The position numbers were made by a program, and so were the translations under genes. Below are positions 42,668 through 52,500 of a DNA stretch of 64,000 bases, piece after piece. How positions within the stretch are numbered: position 1 is the first letter of the stretch; every line of letters starts with the position of its first letter. The DNA is from an uncultured Actinomycetota bacterium (GTDB lineage: Bacteria > Actinomycetota > UBA4738 > HRBIN12). The stretch is taken from contig CAVXJL010000012.1 of assembly GCA_963762015.1 (NCBI GenBank), forward strand, positions 214,668 to 278,667, written 5' to 3'. A model generated the notes under the pieces. The model did not search any database. It had not been told where the DNA came from and saw only the letters and a program-made list of their open reading frames with translations.

Positions 42668-43135
42668 TCAACTCTCGATGAAGTCCGACGGTTCGGCTCC
42701 GGTGGCCCGAACGAGCTCCCCCGGAGCCAGAGGGAACACCGAATCCGGTGTCCCCGCTGCCGCCCAGACCTCCTGGAAGGCAAGCAGAGCCGGGTCGATG
42801 TACGAGGGCACCGGGGCAGGATGCCCGAAGGGTGGCGTGCCGCCGACGGCGAAGCCGGTGGCGGCACGCGCCTCCTCGGGTGTGGCCCGGCGCGTCTCCG
42901 ACGCGCCTGCCACCTTGGCCAGCTTCGAGGGATCCACACGGTTGGCCCCCGACGTGAACGCGATCACGGGACGGCCATCGGCCATGAAGATCAGGGACTT
43001 CACGATCTGCGCGACGTCGCAGCCGATCGCCTGGGCGGCATCCACCGCCGTCTTGGTTCCCTCGGGGAAGCGGCGGACCTTCGGTTCGATCCCGAGCCGG
43101 TGCGCGGCCTCCGTGAATCGCTCGATCGCCCCCAT
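42668..43135 (-). CDS. YbaK/EbsC aminoacyl-tRNA deacylase family
   Basis: QIVKSL, TGFAVGGTPPFGH and WAAAG. Confidence 0.9.
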   Translation of the reverse strand: MGAIERFTEAAHRLGIEPKVRRFPEGTKTAVDAAQAIGCDVAQIVKSLIFMADGRPVIAFTSGANRVDPSKLAKVAGASETRRATPEEARAATGFAVGGTPPFGHPAPVPSYIDPALLAFQEVWAAAGTPDSVFPLAPGELVRATGAEPSDFIES

Positions 43136-43211
43136 CAGGGCCGCCGATGCCACGTATCCGTCGTGCCGGGCGCTGCGGCGAGCATAGCCCCGTACTGTAC
43201 GATTCCGCGCC

Positions 43212-44042
43212 GTGAGCCCGGACCGCACCACGCTGCTCGGCGTCGCGCATGCGGAGCGCCAGCGGCTCGGCCGGACCATCCAGTACTCGGACCCGAAGAC
43301 GTGGGAGCAGCCGAGCGCGCTGCCGGGCTGGTGGAACCGAGACGTGATGGCCCACCTCGCGGCACACGACACGGCCGCCGCGCATCTCGTCAAAGGGGAC
43401 CCCGCCGAGGAGCTCGACGAATACCGTGCCCGCCTCAACGGCAAGGCGTTCTCCGTCGAGGCGTTCAACGAGTGGGTGGTCGAGCGGAGGTCGGGGCTTC
43501 CCACGCGCGACGTGCTGGTGACGTGGGGCAAGGCGGCCGACGCGTTCCTCGCGTACGTCGGTCTCCTCTCGGAGCAGGACTGGGAGAAGCAGCGATTCCC
43601 CTGGCTCGCCGGCGAGATCGCGGCGCGCTACCTGGTCCAGTCCCGGATGGTCGAATGGTGGATCCACGGTGAGGACATGCGAGCCACCAACGGACTCGGC
43701 CCCGAATATCAACACTGGCCGATCTACATGACGATCGACCTGGGGGTCCGGATGCTGCCGTGGTCCCTCGGGCAAGCCGGTCTCGACCTCACCGGGTACA
43801 GCGTCCGGATCGATGTCGAAGGTGCGGGCGAAGGCTCGTGGCACTGGGGCCTCGGGGGCGGAGAGGTGCCGCCCGCGGACAAGGAGCCCGACGCCACGAT
43901 CGTCGGGCGAGCTCCCCAACTCGCGCTCGTGGCGGCTCGGCGCCTTTCTGCCGTCGATGTGCTGGCGTCCGGCAACCTCGTCGTGGGACTCGATGTGGAG
44001 CTGGGCGTCGCGGTCCTGCGCCACATCCGCGCCTTCGTCTGA
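43212..44042 (+). CDS. Mycothiol-dependent maleylpyruvate isomerase-family protein
   Basis: PSALPGW..RDVMAHL and EWWIHGED. Confidence 0.82.
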   Translation: MSPDRTTLLGVAHAERQRLGRTIQYSDPKTWEQPSALPGWWNRDVMAHLAAHDTAAAHLVKGDPAEELDEYRARLNGKAFSVEAFNEWVVERRSGLPTRDVLVTWGKAADAFLAYVGLLSEQDWEKQRFPWLAGEIAARYLVQSRMVEWWIHGEDMRATNGLGPEYQHWPIYMTIDLGVRMLPWSLGQAGLDLTGYSVRIDVEGAGEGSWHWGLGGGEVPPADKEPDATIVGRAPQLALVAARRLSAVDVLASGNLVVGLDVELGVAVLRHIRAFV

Positions 44043-44093
44043 GGGAACCGGGCGGCTTCCTCGTCCGTATCCCTTGCGTGTACGGTCCTGGTC

Positions 44094-44684
44094 ATGCCCG
44101 CGAACGAACTCGACGCCGACCAGCGTCTGATGCGGTCCTTCGCTTCACGGGATCCCGGCGCCGCAGACACCCTGTACCGGCGGTTCGCGGGCCGGATCTA
44201 CGGACTCGGGCTCGTGATGCTCGGGAGCGACGCCGCGGCGCAGGATCTCGTGCAGGACACGTTCGTGAAACTCTGGCGCAACGCGGAGCGTTACGACCGA
44301 TCGAGAGGGAAGCTCGAGACGTGGGTGCTCCTGATGGCCCGGTCGCTCGCGATCGACGCGATCAGACGCCGGGTGCTCGAGGCGCGGACCCTGGAACGCG
44401 TGGATCCTCCGCTCGAAGCCGACCAGGCGCCGGGACCGGACGACCGGGTGGTCACCATCGATCTCACGGAACGGGCGCGTCGGGCCATGTCGTCCCTGCC
44501 TCCCGAGCAGCGCGCGGCCCTGGAGCTCGCGTATCTCGGCGGGAAGACGAGCGCCGAGATCTCCGACCTCGAAGGGATCCCCATCGGCACCGCGAAGACC
44601 CGGATCCGGGCGGCGCTGCTCCGGCTGCGTGGATCGATGGCCTCAGAGTTGGGGCAGGAAGAGGCCGATCGTGACGAACTGTGA
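44094..44684 (+). CDS. ECF RNA polymerase sigma factor
   Basis: AQDLVQDTF..LW, LELAYLGG and GTAKTRIR. Confidence 0.92.
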   Translation: MPANELDADQRLMRSFASRDPGAADTLYRRFAGRIYGLGLVMLGSDAAAQDLVQDTFVKLWRNAERYDRSRGKLETWVLLMARSLAIDAIRRRVLEARTLERVDPPLEADQAPGPDDRVVTIDLTERARRAMSSLPPEQRAALELAYLGGKTSAEISDLEGIPIGTAKTRIRAALLRLRGSMASELGQEEADRDEL

Positions 44685-45393
44685 CGAGGTGCGTCCCCTG
44701 CTCCCCGACTTCGTGTTGGGCTCCCTCGATGGCGCCGGCGACCTGGACGTGCGTCGCCACCTCCGCGGATGCAGTGGGTGCCGACGCGAGCTGGACGCTC
44801 TCCGCGAAGGGGTGGGGGTGTTCGCCTCGACGATGGAGCGAACCGCTCCGCCCGAGCTCCACGACCGCGTGATGAACGTCCTCGCCGAGGAATGGACCGA
44901 AGCCGACGGCTCCTCGAGGTCGCGGGGGCGCGTTCCCCGTAGCTGGCGCGTCGCGATGGCCGCCTCGCTCGCGCTCGCGGTCGTCGCCGCGTCCTTCGGG
45001 ATCAACCAACTCGGCCGCGCCCGCGATGCCACGGACGACGCCACCAGCTTCCGTACGGTCCTCGCCACGCTCGGAGGGACCGGGTTCAAGGTGGGGACCC
45101 TCGAAGCCGCCTCGACGGTGCCCGTCGAAGGAAGCGTCGTCGCCTACGAATCCAGCAACGACCAGTCGTTCGTCGTGGTGTTCGTCCGGACGCCGGAGCT
45201 CGCGGGCGAAGGATCGCTCCTCGTGTCTCGGGCGGACGGGACCGCGTGGGACCCCGGACCGATCGAGTTCGACGGGGACGGCGATGCCGCGGTGTGGTGG
45301 GTCACCGATCGGAGCATCGCCTCGATGACGGGGTTGACGGTGAACGCCCCCGACGGCGCGACGCTGGCGACCGCCGGGCTCCGACCGGCTTAG
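44671..45393 (+). CDS. Zinc-binding (ZAS, zf-HC2) transmembrane anti-sigma factor
   Basis: HLRGCSGC (HxxxCxxC) and a TM helix; overlaps the sigma gene. Confidence 0.85.
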   Translation: MTNCDEVRPLLPDFVLGSLDGAGDLDVRRHLRGCSGCRRELDALREGVGVFASTMERTAPPELHDRVMNVLAEEWTEADGSSRSRGRVPRSWRVAMAASLALAVVAASFGINQLGRARDATDDATSFRTVLATLGGTGFKVGTLEAASTVPVEGSVVAYESSNDQSFVVVFVRTPELAGEGSLLVSRADGTAWDPGPIEFDGDGDAAVWWVTDRSIASMTGLTVNAPDGATLATAGLRPA

Positions 45394-46394
45394 TCGCGCG
45401 AGACGACCAGTCGTCTCACGAGCCGCTTCCGCGCGCCGAACCGATACTTGTACGCGTAATCCCCTTTGAGGAAGTCGAACACCGAGCACCGCTCCTCGAT
45501 CGCCTCCTTGATGTCTTCGGCCACCAGCACCATCCCGGGGGCCAGCTGCTGCCATCTCCGGTCGAACGCGGAGTTGTAGAGCGAGTACGTGCCCTCGAAG
45601 CTGAACCCGATCGTGCCGGCGGCGAGCTCGTCGTGAACACGGATGAACGTCAGTCGGAAGACACCTCGTTCGCAGAACGTGTGCCCGAGCCGCCGGAAGA
45701 AGATCTCCATCCCCGGGACCATGAAGACCCCCTTCGGGCCCTCGCTCATCCGATGCAGCTCCACGAACCGGTCGAGGAGGGGAAGCAGGGTCTCCTCGGT
45801 CGCGGTCTCGATGCGGAACGGTCCCGTCTCCGCTTCCAACTTCTTCGCCTTGCGCCGGATCTCGTGCCGGAGCTTCGAGGGGATCTGCGCGAGGTACTCG
45901 TCCCACGTGGGCGGGAGGTCGAGGATCGGTGCCACACCGTTCTGGTCCTCGGTCTCCTCCACCGTGAGCCCGTGGCCGACGGCCGCCTCTCGGAGCTCGG
46001 CGAGCCACGGCGAGTCCTCGGCGAGACCGCGGAGGTCGGCCTCCCGCCACTCGTCGCGTGCGAGCAGTCCGGCCCACAGCGCGTGTGCGGAGCCGGCGAC
46101 GGACTCCGGCACACCCACGGGGCCCATGTAGTCGGTCACCTCGGTCCCTCCCAGGAAGCGCAGCGTGTCTCCGATCAGCTCGAAGGCCGCGGCGGACACC
46201 TGTGCGCCGGTGTCGTCCTCGCCGAACGCGAGCAAGAGGTGCTCGGGCTCTTCGCCGAACTCCTCCCAGTAGAGCTTCAGGAAATCCGGCGTGTGGAAGA
46301 ACGTCCCCGACGGGTCGGCTCGCACGAGATCGCTCCAGTCGCGACGTTGGAAGTCCCTGGGGTCCTCGGAGAAGACGACGTCGATCCCCGTCAC
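45390..46394 (-). CDS. GNAT acetyltransferase (CelD/BcsL-like)
   Basis: LPPTWDEYL, YNSAFD..LAPG and FDFLKGDYAYKYRFG. Confidence 0.85.
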   Translation of the reverse strand: MTGIDVVFSEDPRDFQRRDWSDLVRADPSGTFFHTPDFLKLYWEEFGEEPEHLLLAFGEDDTGAQVSAAAFELIGDTLRFLGGTEVTDYMGPVGVPESVAGSAHALWAGLLARDEWREADLRGLAEDSPWLAELREAAVGHGLTVEETEDQNGVAPILDLPPTWDEYLAQIPSKLRHEIRRKAKKLEAETGPFRIETATEETLLPLLDRFVELHRMSEGPKGVFMVPGMEIFFRRLGHTFCERGVFRLTFIRVHDELAAGTIGFSFEGTYSLYNSAFDRRWQQLAPGMVLVAEDIKEAIEERCSVFDFLKGDYAYKYRFGARKRLVRRLVVSRD

Positions 46395-48232
46395 CAGGAG
46401 CCGCCGCCCCCGCCTCCGCCCCCGCCTCCGGAGAACCCTCCTCCACCGAACCCGCTCGAGCCCGAGGACGCCGGCGTGGACGCGAGTGTCCCTCCGGTTG
46501 TCACGGCGAACCCGTCGATCGAGTCCGCGAACGCCGCCGCGGTGAACGCGTGGGGGCCCACGTACCAGCCCGACGTATCCGGCTGGATCCCCAGGTCCTC
46601 GAAGGCCTTCGCCCACTTCTTCGTGAGCCCGAAGACGATCGCGTAGGGGAGGTAACGCGTGAACACGTTCTCTTCCTCCGCCCAACGGGACATGTGGGTC
46701 TCGGCGGTCGCGATCACACGGCGGAACCCGCGGACCCGCCGGAGCATCGCGGTGCCGCTCGCCGTGCGAGCGGGCATCCGCCCCGCCATCAGGGCGAGCG
46801 CGATACCCGCGGCGATCACGGGGATCCCGACGAGCCCCCAATGCGTCCATCGAGCCAGCACGAACGTGACTGCGCCGCCCGCGAGCGCCAGCAGCGTGCC
46901 TCGGCCGGCCCATCGTGTCCGGACCTGATCGGGCCGTGTGCGGAACCACTTCTGCTTCATCGCATCCTTGTACAGGGACTCCTCGACGCCGTGCAGCCGC
47001 GTGGCGAAGGTCGTCTTCAGCTCCGAGACCTTGACCTCGTTGCCGTCACGGAAGAGACCGTCGAGGAGCTGCTTCTCGTACGCGAGCAGCTCGGTCTCGG
47101 TCTTCTCCAGGCGGATGAGGTTCCAATCCGTCTTCGAGAAGAACCCTCGGTCCGGGATCTCCTGGATCAGCAGGAACCCCCGACCCGCGAGGTCGACGAT
47201 GGTCGCGGTGATGTCGATCACGTTGGCGCGTTCGTCGATCAGCGTGCCGATCTGCCCGGGCCGGATGTCTTCGGGAGGAGCGAACTCGACGGGCGCCTCC
47301 GCATCGCCTTCTCCGAGGGGAACCGCTTCGTCCTCGCCGGTCGGCGATCCCATGACCTGGTCGATCGGAGACCCCAGGAAGCGGCGGTCGCGACCCTCCC
47401 GAGACCACATGCGGAAGAGCGCCCCACCGAGGAGGGCCAACAGGGCGAGCGATGCGGTGGCCGTACCAGGGTTCACATCGAAGGCTCGCCCGGCCGACCA
47501 GCGTTCCTCCAGGATCGGCTCGGGCTCCGGCACGGCTCCCTTCGGGATCGCGACGACCACCGTCATGCCCTCGTAGGGAACGAACGATCCTCCCGGTGAG
47601 AATCGCGCCTCTGATCCCTCAGACTCGGCGACGGCACACGGTTCCGTCGAGCCCTGGCTGCCTTGGAAGCACTCCACGCGCTGGATGGACCCGGGAGCGC
47701 GCACCGTGACCTCAGCCGTCACGATGGATGCCGCCCACTCGTGTCCGATGGCGTTCCAGTACAGCTCGTCGTGATCCGAGAACGCGTTCAGCGCGCCCTC
47801 CACCCGGTAGACGATCGTGTACGTGTGCCGGCCGGAGATCTCCACATCCTCGTCGCCGATCCGGATCACCGTCGAGGGGCCATCCTCCGAGATGTCGACG
47901 TCGTTCGGGGCGTCGCTCTGCACCGTGACGTCCTCGATCGGATACACGCGATCGTGCACGTCGTCGTAGTGGAACCGCGATGGGATCGTGCGGAAAATGC
48001 CGTGTCGGAGCTGGCTGCCGAAGTCGTAGTCGATCGTCTCGGTGATCTGCAGGTCGCCGTCGTCCAGGATCTCGATCTCCACGGTGTAGTCGTGGATCGC
48101 CTCGGCGGTGAGCTGCGCGTCGGCGGGCGCGGCCAACAGGAGCAGGAGCACGGCCTCCAGGGCGATCGCGACCGGAACGAGCGCGAGGGATCGGCGGAGG
48201 GAGGTCTTCGGGGAGAGCGTCCGCGTCGGCAC
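46391..48232 (-). CDS. DUF2207-family membrane protein
   Basis: HGIFRTIP, ELYWNAIG, YLPYAIVFG and C-terminal GGGGGGGGGGSW. Confidence 0.88.
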   Translation of the reverse strand: MPTRTLSPKTSLRRSLALVPVAIALEAVLLLLLAAPADAQLTAEAIHDYTVEIEILDDGDLQITETIDYDFGSQLRHGIFRTIPSRFHYDDVHDRVYPIEDVTVQSDAPNDVDISEDGPSTVIRIGDEDVEISGRHTYTIVYRVEGALNAFSDHDELYWNAIGHEWAASIVTAEVTVRAPGSIQRVECFQGSQGSTEPCAVAESEGSEARFSPGGSFVPYEGMTVVVAIPKGAVPEPEPILEERWSAGRAFDVNPGTATASLALLALLGGALFRMWSREGRDRRFLGSPIDQVMGSPTGEDEAVPLGEGDAEAPVEFAPPEDIRPGQIGTLIDERANVIDITATIVDLAGRGFLLIQEIPDRGFFSKTDWNLIRLEKTETELLAYEKQLLDGLFRDGNEVKVSELKTTFATRLHGVEESLYKDAMKQKWFRTRPDQVRTRWAGRGTLLALAGGAVTFVLARWTHWGLVGIPVIAAGIALALMAGRMPARTASGTAMLRRVRGFRRVIATAETHMSRWAEEENVFTRYLPYAIVFGLTKKWAKAFEDLGIQPDTSGWYVGPHAFTAAAFADSIDGFAVTTGGTLASTPASSGSSGFGGGGFSGGGGGGGGGGSW

Positions 48233-48268
48233 GGGCGCCAGGGTAGACGGTCGGCGGCGGCCGGGCTG

Positions 48269-48718
48269 CTAGTGGGTGGCGGCGCCGCTCGCGGCGCCGC
48301 CGCCCGACACCGCCTCCTGCAGCACGTCCCACGCCAGCACGGCGCACTTGATGCGGATCGGGTACTTCACGACGCCCTTGAGCGCGACGAGGTCGCCGAA
48401 GGCGTCCTCGTCGGGATCGACCTCGCCGGCGAGCATCCCCCGAACGTCCGCCGCCAGTGCCATCGCGTCGTCCACCGGCTTCCCGCCGACCGACTCGGTC
48501 ATCATCGACGCGCTCGACTGGCTGATCGAGCACCCGGCGCCCTGGAAGGTGACCTCCAGAAGCTTCCCGTCCTCGAGGTTGGCAGAGACCGTGATCTCGT
48601 CGCCGCAGAGCGGGTTGTTCCTCGTGCAGGTCACCACGGCCCCCGGGAGCTCGCGCTTGTTCCGCGGGTTCTTGTAGTGGTCGAGGATCGTCTCCTTGTA
48701 GATGTCGTCGAGCGCCAC
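48269..48718 (-). CDS. sufU: SUF system SufU protein
   Basis: YKETILDHYKNP, NPLCGDE, GCSISQSSAS and RIKCA. Confidence 0.92.
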   Translation of the reverse strand: MALDDIYKETILDHYKNPRNKRELPGAVVTCTRNNPLCGDEITVSANLEDGKLLEVTFQGAGCSISQSSASMMTESVGGKPVDDAMALAADVRGMLAGEVDPDEDAFGDLVALKGVVKYPIRIKCAVLAWDVLQEAVSGGGAASGAATH

Positions 48719-48731
48719 GTCTCCTCCAACG

Positions 48732-49970
48732 CTAGTGAGCGAAGAACTCTTCCGCTTTGGCGAGCGCCTCCACCAGCACGTCCACCTCGTCACGTGTGTT
48801 GTACACGTAGAACGAGGCCCGTGCAGTGGCAGGGGTGCCGAACCTGCGCATCACGAGCTGCGCGCAGTGGTGGCCGGCGCGGATCGCCACCCCCTCGGCG
48901 TCCAGGACCGTCGCGAGGTCGTGCGGATGGACGTCGCGATACCAGAAGCTCACGGCGCCTCCCCGCGCGGCGGCGTCCTTCGGACCGTAGACGGTGGCGT
49001 CCACGGAGAGCAGCCGGTCCAGCGCGTACCGCGTGATCTCCTCCTCGTGGGCGCGGATCGCGTCCATCCCCAGGGCTTCGAGGTAGTCGACGGCCGCGCC
49101 GAGGCCCACCTGCTGGGCGATCTGCATCGTCCCGGCCTCGAACTTGTACGGGATGTCCTTCCATGTCGAGTGGTCGTGGAAGACCTCGTGGATCATCTCC
49201 CCGCCGCCGAACATCGGGTCCATCGCTTCGAGGTGCTCGGCCTTCGCGTACAGGCCGCCGCTCGCCGTCGGCCCGAGCATCTTGTGGCCGCTGAAGGCGA
49301 GGAAGTCGCAGTCGAGCTCGGTCACGGAAACGCCGTTGTGCGGGACGAGCTGCGCCGCGTCCACCGCGACAAGCGCACCCACCGCGTGGGCGGCCTCGAC
49401 CAGCTGGCCGAGCGGCGTGATCGTCCCCAGGGCGTTGGACATCCCCGTCACCGACAGGATCTTGGTCCGCTCGTTCAGCAGCGAGCCCAGCTCCGAGAGG
49501 TCGAGCTGCCCGTCGTCGGTGAGCGGGATGTAGCGGAGGACGGCACCGGTCACCTGCGCCGTGAGCTGCCACGGGACGATGTTCGAGTGGTGCTCCATGT
49601 CGGTGAGGAGAACCTCGTCGCCTTCTTTGAGGAACTTCCTCCCCCACCCCTGCGCGACGAGGTTCATCGATTCCGTCGTGCCGCGGGTGAAGACGATCGT
49701 GCGGGGATCCGGAGAGCCGAAGAAGCGAGCGAGCTTCGCTCGGGCGCCCTCGAAGGCCTCGGTCGACTCCTCACCCAGCGTGTAGATCCCGCGATGCGCG
49801 TTCGCGTTGTGGTTGGCGTAGAAGTCGGAGACGGCGTCGATCACCTGGCGGGGCTTCTGAGACGTGGCGGCGGAGTCCAGGTAGACGAGCGGGTGCCCGT
49901 TGATGACACGCTCGAGGATCGGGAAGTCCTGGCGGATCTTCTCGACGTCCAGGACCCCGTTGCCGTTCAT
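48732..49970 (-). CDS. sufS: SUF cysteine desulfurase
   Basis: YLDSAATSQKP, SGHKMLGP and RAGHHCA. Confidence 0.94.
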   Translation of the reverse strand: MNGNGVLDVEKIRQDFPILERVINGHPLVYLDSAATSQKPRQVIDAVSDFYANHNANAHRGIYTLGEESTEAFEGARAKLARFFGSPDPRTIVFTRGTTESMNLVAQGWGRKFLKEGDEVLLTDMEHHSNIVPWQLTAQVTGAVLRYIPLTDDGQLDLSELGSLLNERTKILSVTGMSNALGTITPLGQLVEAAHAVGALVAVDAAQLVPHNGVSVTELDCDFLAFSGHKMLGPTASGGLYAKAEHLEAMDPMFGGGEMIHEVFHDHSTWKDIPYKFEAGTMQIAQQVGLGAAVDYLEALGMDAIRAHEEEITRYALDRLLSVDATVYGPKDAAARGGAVSFWYRDVHPHDLATVLDAEGVAIRAGHHCAQLVMRRFGTPATARASFYVYNTRDEVDVLVEALAKAEEFFAH

Positions 49971-50793
49971 GCCTTCTCGTCCCCGCCTTCCTCTATGCCG
50001 AGCTCTTCGCGGATCCCCTCGTACCCCTTCTCCTCGAGCTCGCTCGCGAGCTCGGGACCGCCGGACCTCACGATACGACCCTGCATCATCACGTGGACCC
50101 GATCGGCGGTGATGTAGTTGAGGATCCGCTGGTAGTGGGTGATCAGGAGGACGCCCAGCTCCGGGCCGACCAGCTCCGCCACACCCCCGGCGACCAGCTT
50201 CAGCGAGTCGATGTCGAGGCCGGAGTCGGTCTCGTCGAGGATCGCGATCTCCGGCTGCAGGACCGCGAGCTGGAGGATCTCGTTCCGCTTCTTCTCCCCG
50301 CCCGAGAACCCCTGGTTCACGTAGCGCTGGACCATCGCGTCTTCGATGCTCAACCGGTCCATCTGCTCCTTCATGTGCTTGCGGAACGCGAGCGCGCTGA
50401 TCTGTTCGGCCTTCACCGCCTGATACGCCGTGCGCAGGAAGTTCACGACGCTCACGCCCGGAACCTCGGTCGGGTACTGGAGCGCGAGGAACAGACCCCG
50501 CTTGGCTCGCTGGTCCGTGGTGAGGCCGGTGATCTTCTCGCCCTTGAAGATCACGTCCCCGCCGGTCACCACGTAGCCGGGGCGTCCCATGATGATGTTG
50601 GAAAGGGTCGACTTGCCGGAGCCGTTGGGGCCCATCAGGGCGTGGGTCTCCCCTTGCGCCACCGTCAGGTCGATACCCTTGAGGATCTCCTTGCCCTCCA
50701 CCTCGGCCCGGAGATCTCGGATCTCGAGCGTCGCGCGACCGTTCTGTTCGCTCGTGTTCTCGCTTCCTTCTCGCTCGTGTCCTTCTCGCTCAT
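49967..50793 (-). CDS. sufC: SUF ATPase; ATG at 50793 joined by an apparent 1-nt deletion near 50764
   Basis: GPNGSGKST, FSGGEKKR and DETDSGLD; conserved TLEIRDL lies upstream of the track start and has no in-frame start codon. Confidence 0.9.
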
Positions 50794-50798
50794 GTCCT

Positions 50799-51119
50799 TC
50801 ACACCTCGATGTAGATGTCGTCGTCCTCGGTGACGATCGGGAACACGTCGATCGGCTCGGTGGCCGGCAGCGTCCGCGGCTTCCCGCTGTTCAGGTCGAA
50901 CGTGGAGCCGTGCTTCGGACACTCGACGGTCTCGAAGTCGACGTCGACCTCCCCCTCGTCCAGGTAGTACTTCGCGTGGCTGCAGATCGCGTCGATCGCC
51001 CGCAGCCCCTCGTCGCCGAGGTTCACCACGGCGACGAGCCGGCCGTCGACCGGGAAGCGCTTCGCCTCACCGGGCGGCGGCACGTCGGCCGCCTCGCAGA
51101 CCTTGATCCGCGCCGTCAT
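50799..51119 (-). CDS. Rieske-type ferredoxin in the suf operon
   Basis: CSH...CPKHGSTF. Confidence 0.9.
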   Translation of the reverse strand: MTARIKVCEAADVPPPGEAKRFPVDGRLVAVVNLGDEGLRAIDAICSHAKYYLDEGEVDVDFETVECPKHGSTFDLNSGKPRTLPATEPIDVFPIVTEDDDIYIEV

Positions 51120-52453
51120 GCGGACACCTTGGACTGGGCTTGCGTCCCCAGTCCGTGAGCGAGCTCGTCCTGGATCGCCTTCTCGGCGCCCTCCCGGACC
51201 TCGTCGATCTTCACCCGGTCGAGCACCTCCTGGAAGAAGCCCGACACGATCAGGCGCTCCGCCTCCGCCCGGGGGATACCGCGGCTCATCAGGTAGAAGA
51301 TCGCGTCCTCGTCGACGGGACCGACGCTCGCGGCGTGACCGCACCGGACGTCGTTCGCCTCGATCTCGAGGTTGGGGATCGCATCGGCCTTCGCGTGCTC
51401 GGACAAGACGATGTTGCGCGAGGTCTGCATCGCGTTCGTTCTCTGCGCGCCGGGGCGGACGTGGACCCAGCCGCTGTAGACGGCCCGGGAATGGTCGCGG
51501 AGCGCGCCCTTGTAGAGGAGATCGCTCGTGCAGTTCGGCGCGACGTGGTCCTGGATCGAGCGGTGGTCGAAGTGCTGCTCCTCGTCGGCGAAGAAGACCC
51601 CGAGCATCTCCGAGAAGCCGCCCGGCTCCGCGAGCACCGTCTCGGCTTCGGCGCGCGCGAGCGAGGCGCCGAACCCGATGTTCAGGGTCCGGAGCGTCGC
51701 GTCACGCCCCACGGTGGCGCGCTGGATCCCGAGGTGCGTCACGCCGCTCCCCCACTCCTGGATCGCGGCGTAGCGCACGTTGGCGCCGGCCCCGACGTAG
51801 ATCTCCGTGATCGCGTTGCTGAACGCCCTGCCCAGATCCGGCGAAACGTATCGGTCGATGAAGGTGACCTCCGAGCCCGCGTCCACGATGAGGAGCGTGT
51901 GGGGGAAGATCGCGGCGCCGTCGGCGTCCAGGTAGGTGAGCGCCTGGATCGGGAGCTCGATCGCCGTGTCCTTCGGCACGTAGACGAACGTGCCACCGGT
52001 GCGGAACGCGGCGTGCAGGGCGGTGAACTTCGTCCTGTCGAACGGCACGAGCGTGTGGAGGTAGGGCTCCACAAGCTCCGGATGGTCGGCCACCGCTGCG
52101 TCGATGCTCTCGAAATGCACGCCGGCGCGGATCGCCGGGTCGAGGTGCGCGATCGTCGTCGTGGAGTTGTGCTGCACCAGGAGGCCGGCGCGAGCGCTCA
52201 CGTCGCCGGCAGCGGCGAGGAGATGGGGCGGCACGTCGTCCAGCTGGGTTGCCCTGCCACCCTCCACGTGGGGCGTGAAATCGAGCTCGAAGCTCGAGAG
52301 GTCCGTATAGCGCCACTCCTCCGTCTCTTGAGACGGGACCGGGAGGGACTCGAACCGCTCGAAGGCCTCCCTCCGCAGGGACGCGAGCCCGGTGCCGTTG
52401 GGCAATGCTTCCAGGGCCCGTTCGTCGAAGGTGGTGGTGCTCACTGCGCTCAT
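51116..52453 (-). CDS. sufD: Fe-S assembly protein SufD
   Basis: EEWRYT, PNLEIEANDVRCGHA and FYLMSRG. Confidence 0.93.
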   Translation of the reverse strand: MSAVSTTTFDERALEALPNGTGLASLRREAFERFESLPVPSQETEEWRYTDLSSFELDFTPHVEGGRATQLDDVPPHLLAAAGDVSARAGLLVQHNSTTTIAHLDPAIRAGVHFESIDAAVADHPELVEPYLHTLVPFDRTKFTALHAAFRTGGTFVYVPKDTAIELPIQALTYLDADGAAIFPHTLLIVDAGSEVTFIDRYVSPDLGRAFSNAITEIYVGAGANVRYAAIQEWGSGVTHLGIQRATVGRDATLRTLNIGFGASLARAEAETVLAEPGGFSEMLGVFFADEEQHFDHRSIQDHVAPNCTSDLLYKGALRDHSRAVYSGWVHVRPGAQRTNAMQTSRNIVLSEHAKADAIPNLEIEANDVRCGHAASVGPVDEDAIFYLMSRGIPRAEAERLIVSGFFQEVLDRVKIDEVREGAEKAIQDELAHGLGTQAQSKVSA

Positions 52454-52457
52454 GAGT

Positions 52458-52482
52458 GAATCCTACTTCAGGGGTCGGATTC
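52458..52482. promoter_or_regulatory. Rrf2/IscR-like palindromic operator overlapping the sufD -10
   Basis: GAATCCTAC-N7-GTCGGATTC; minus-strand TAGGAT -10 lies 6 nt from the sufD ATG. Confidence 0.65.
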
Positions 52483-52500
52483 GCCCCAACTTCGCGGCTC

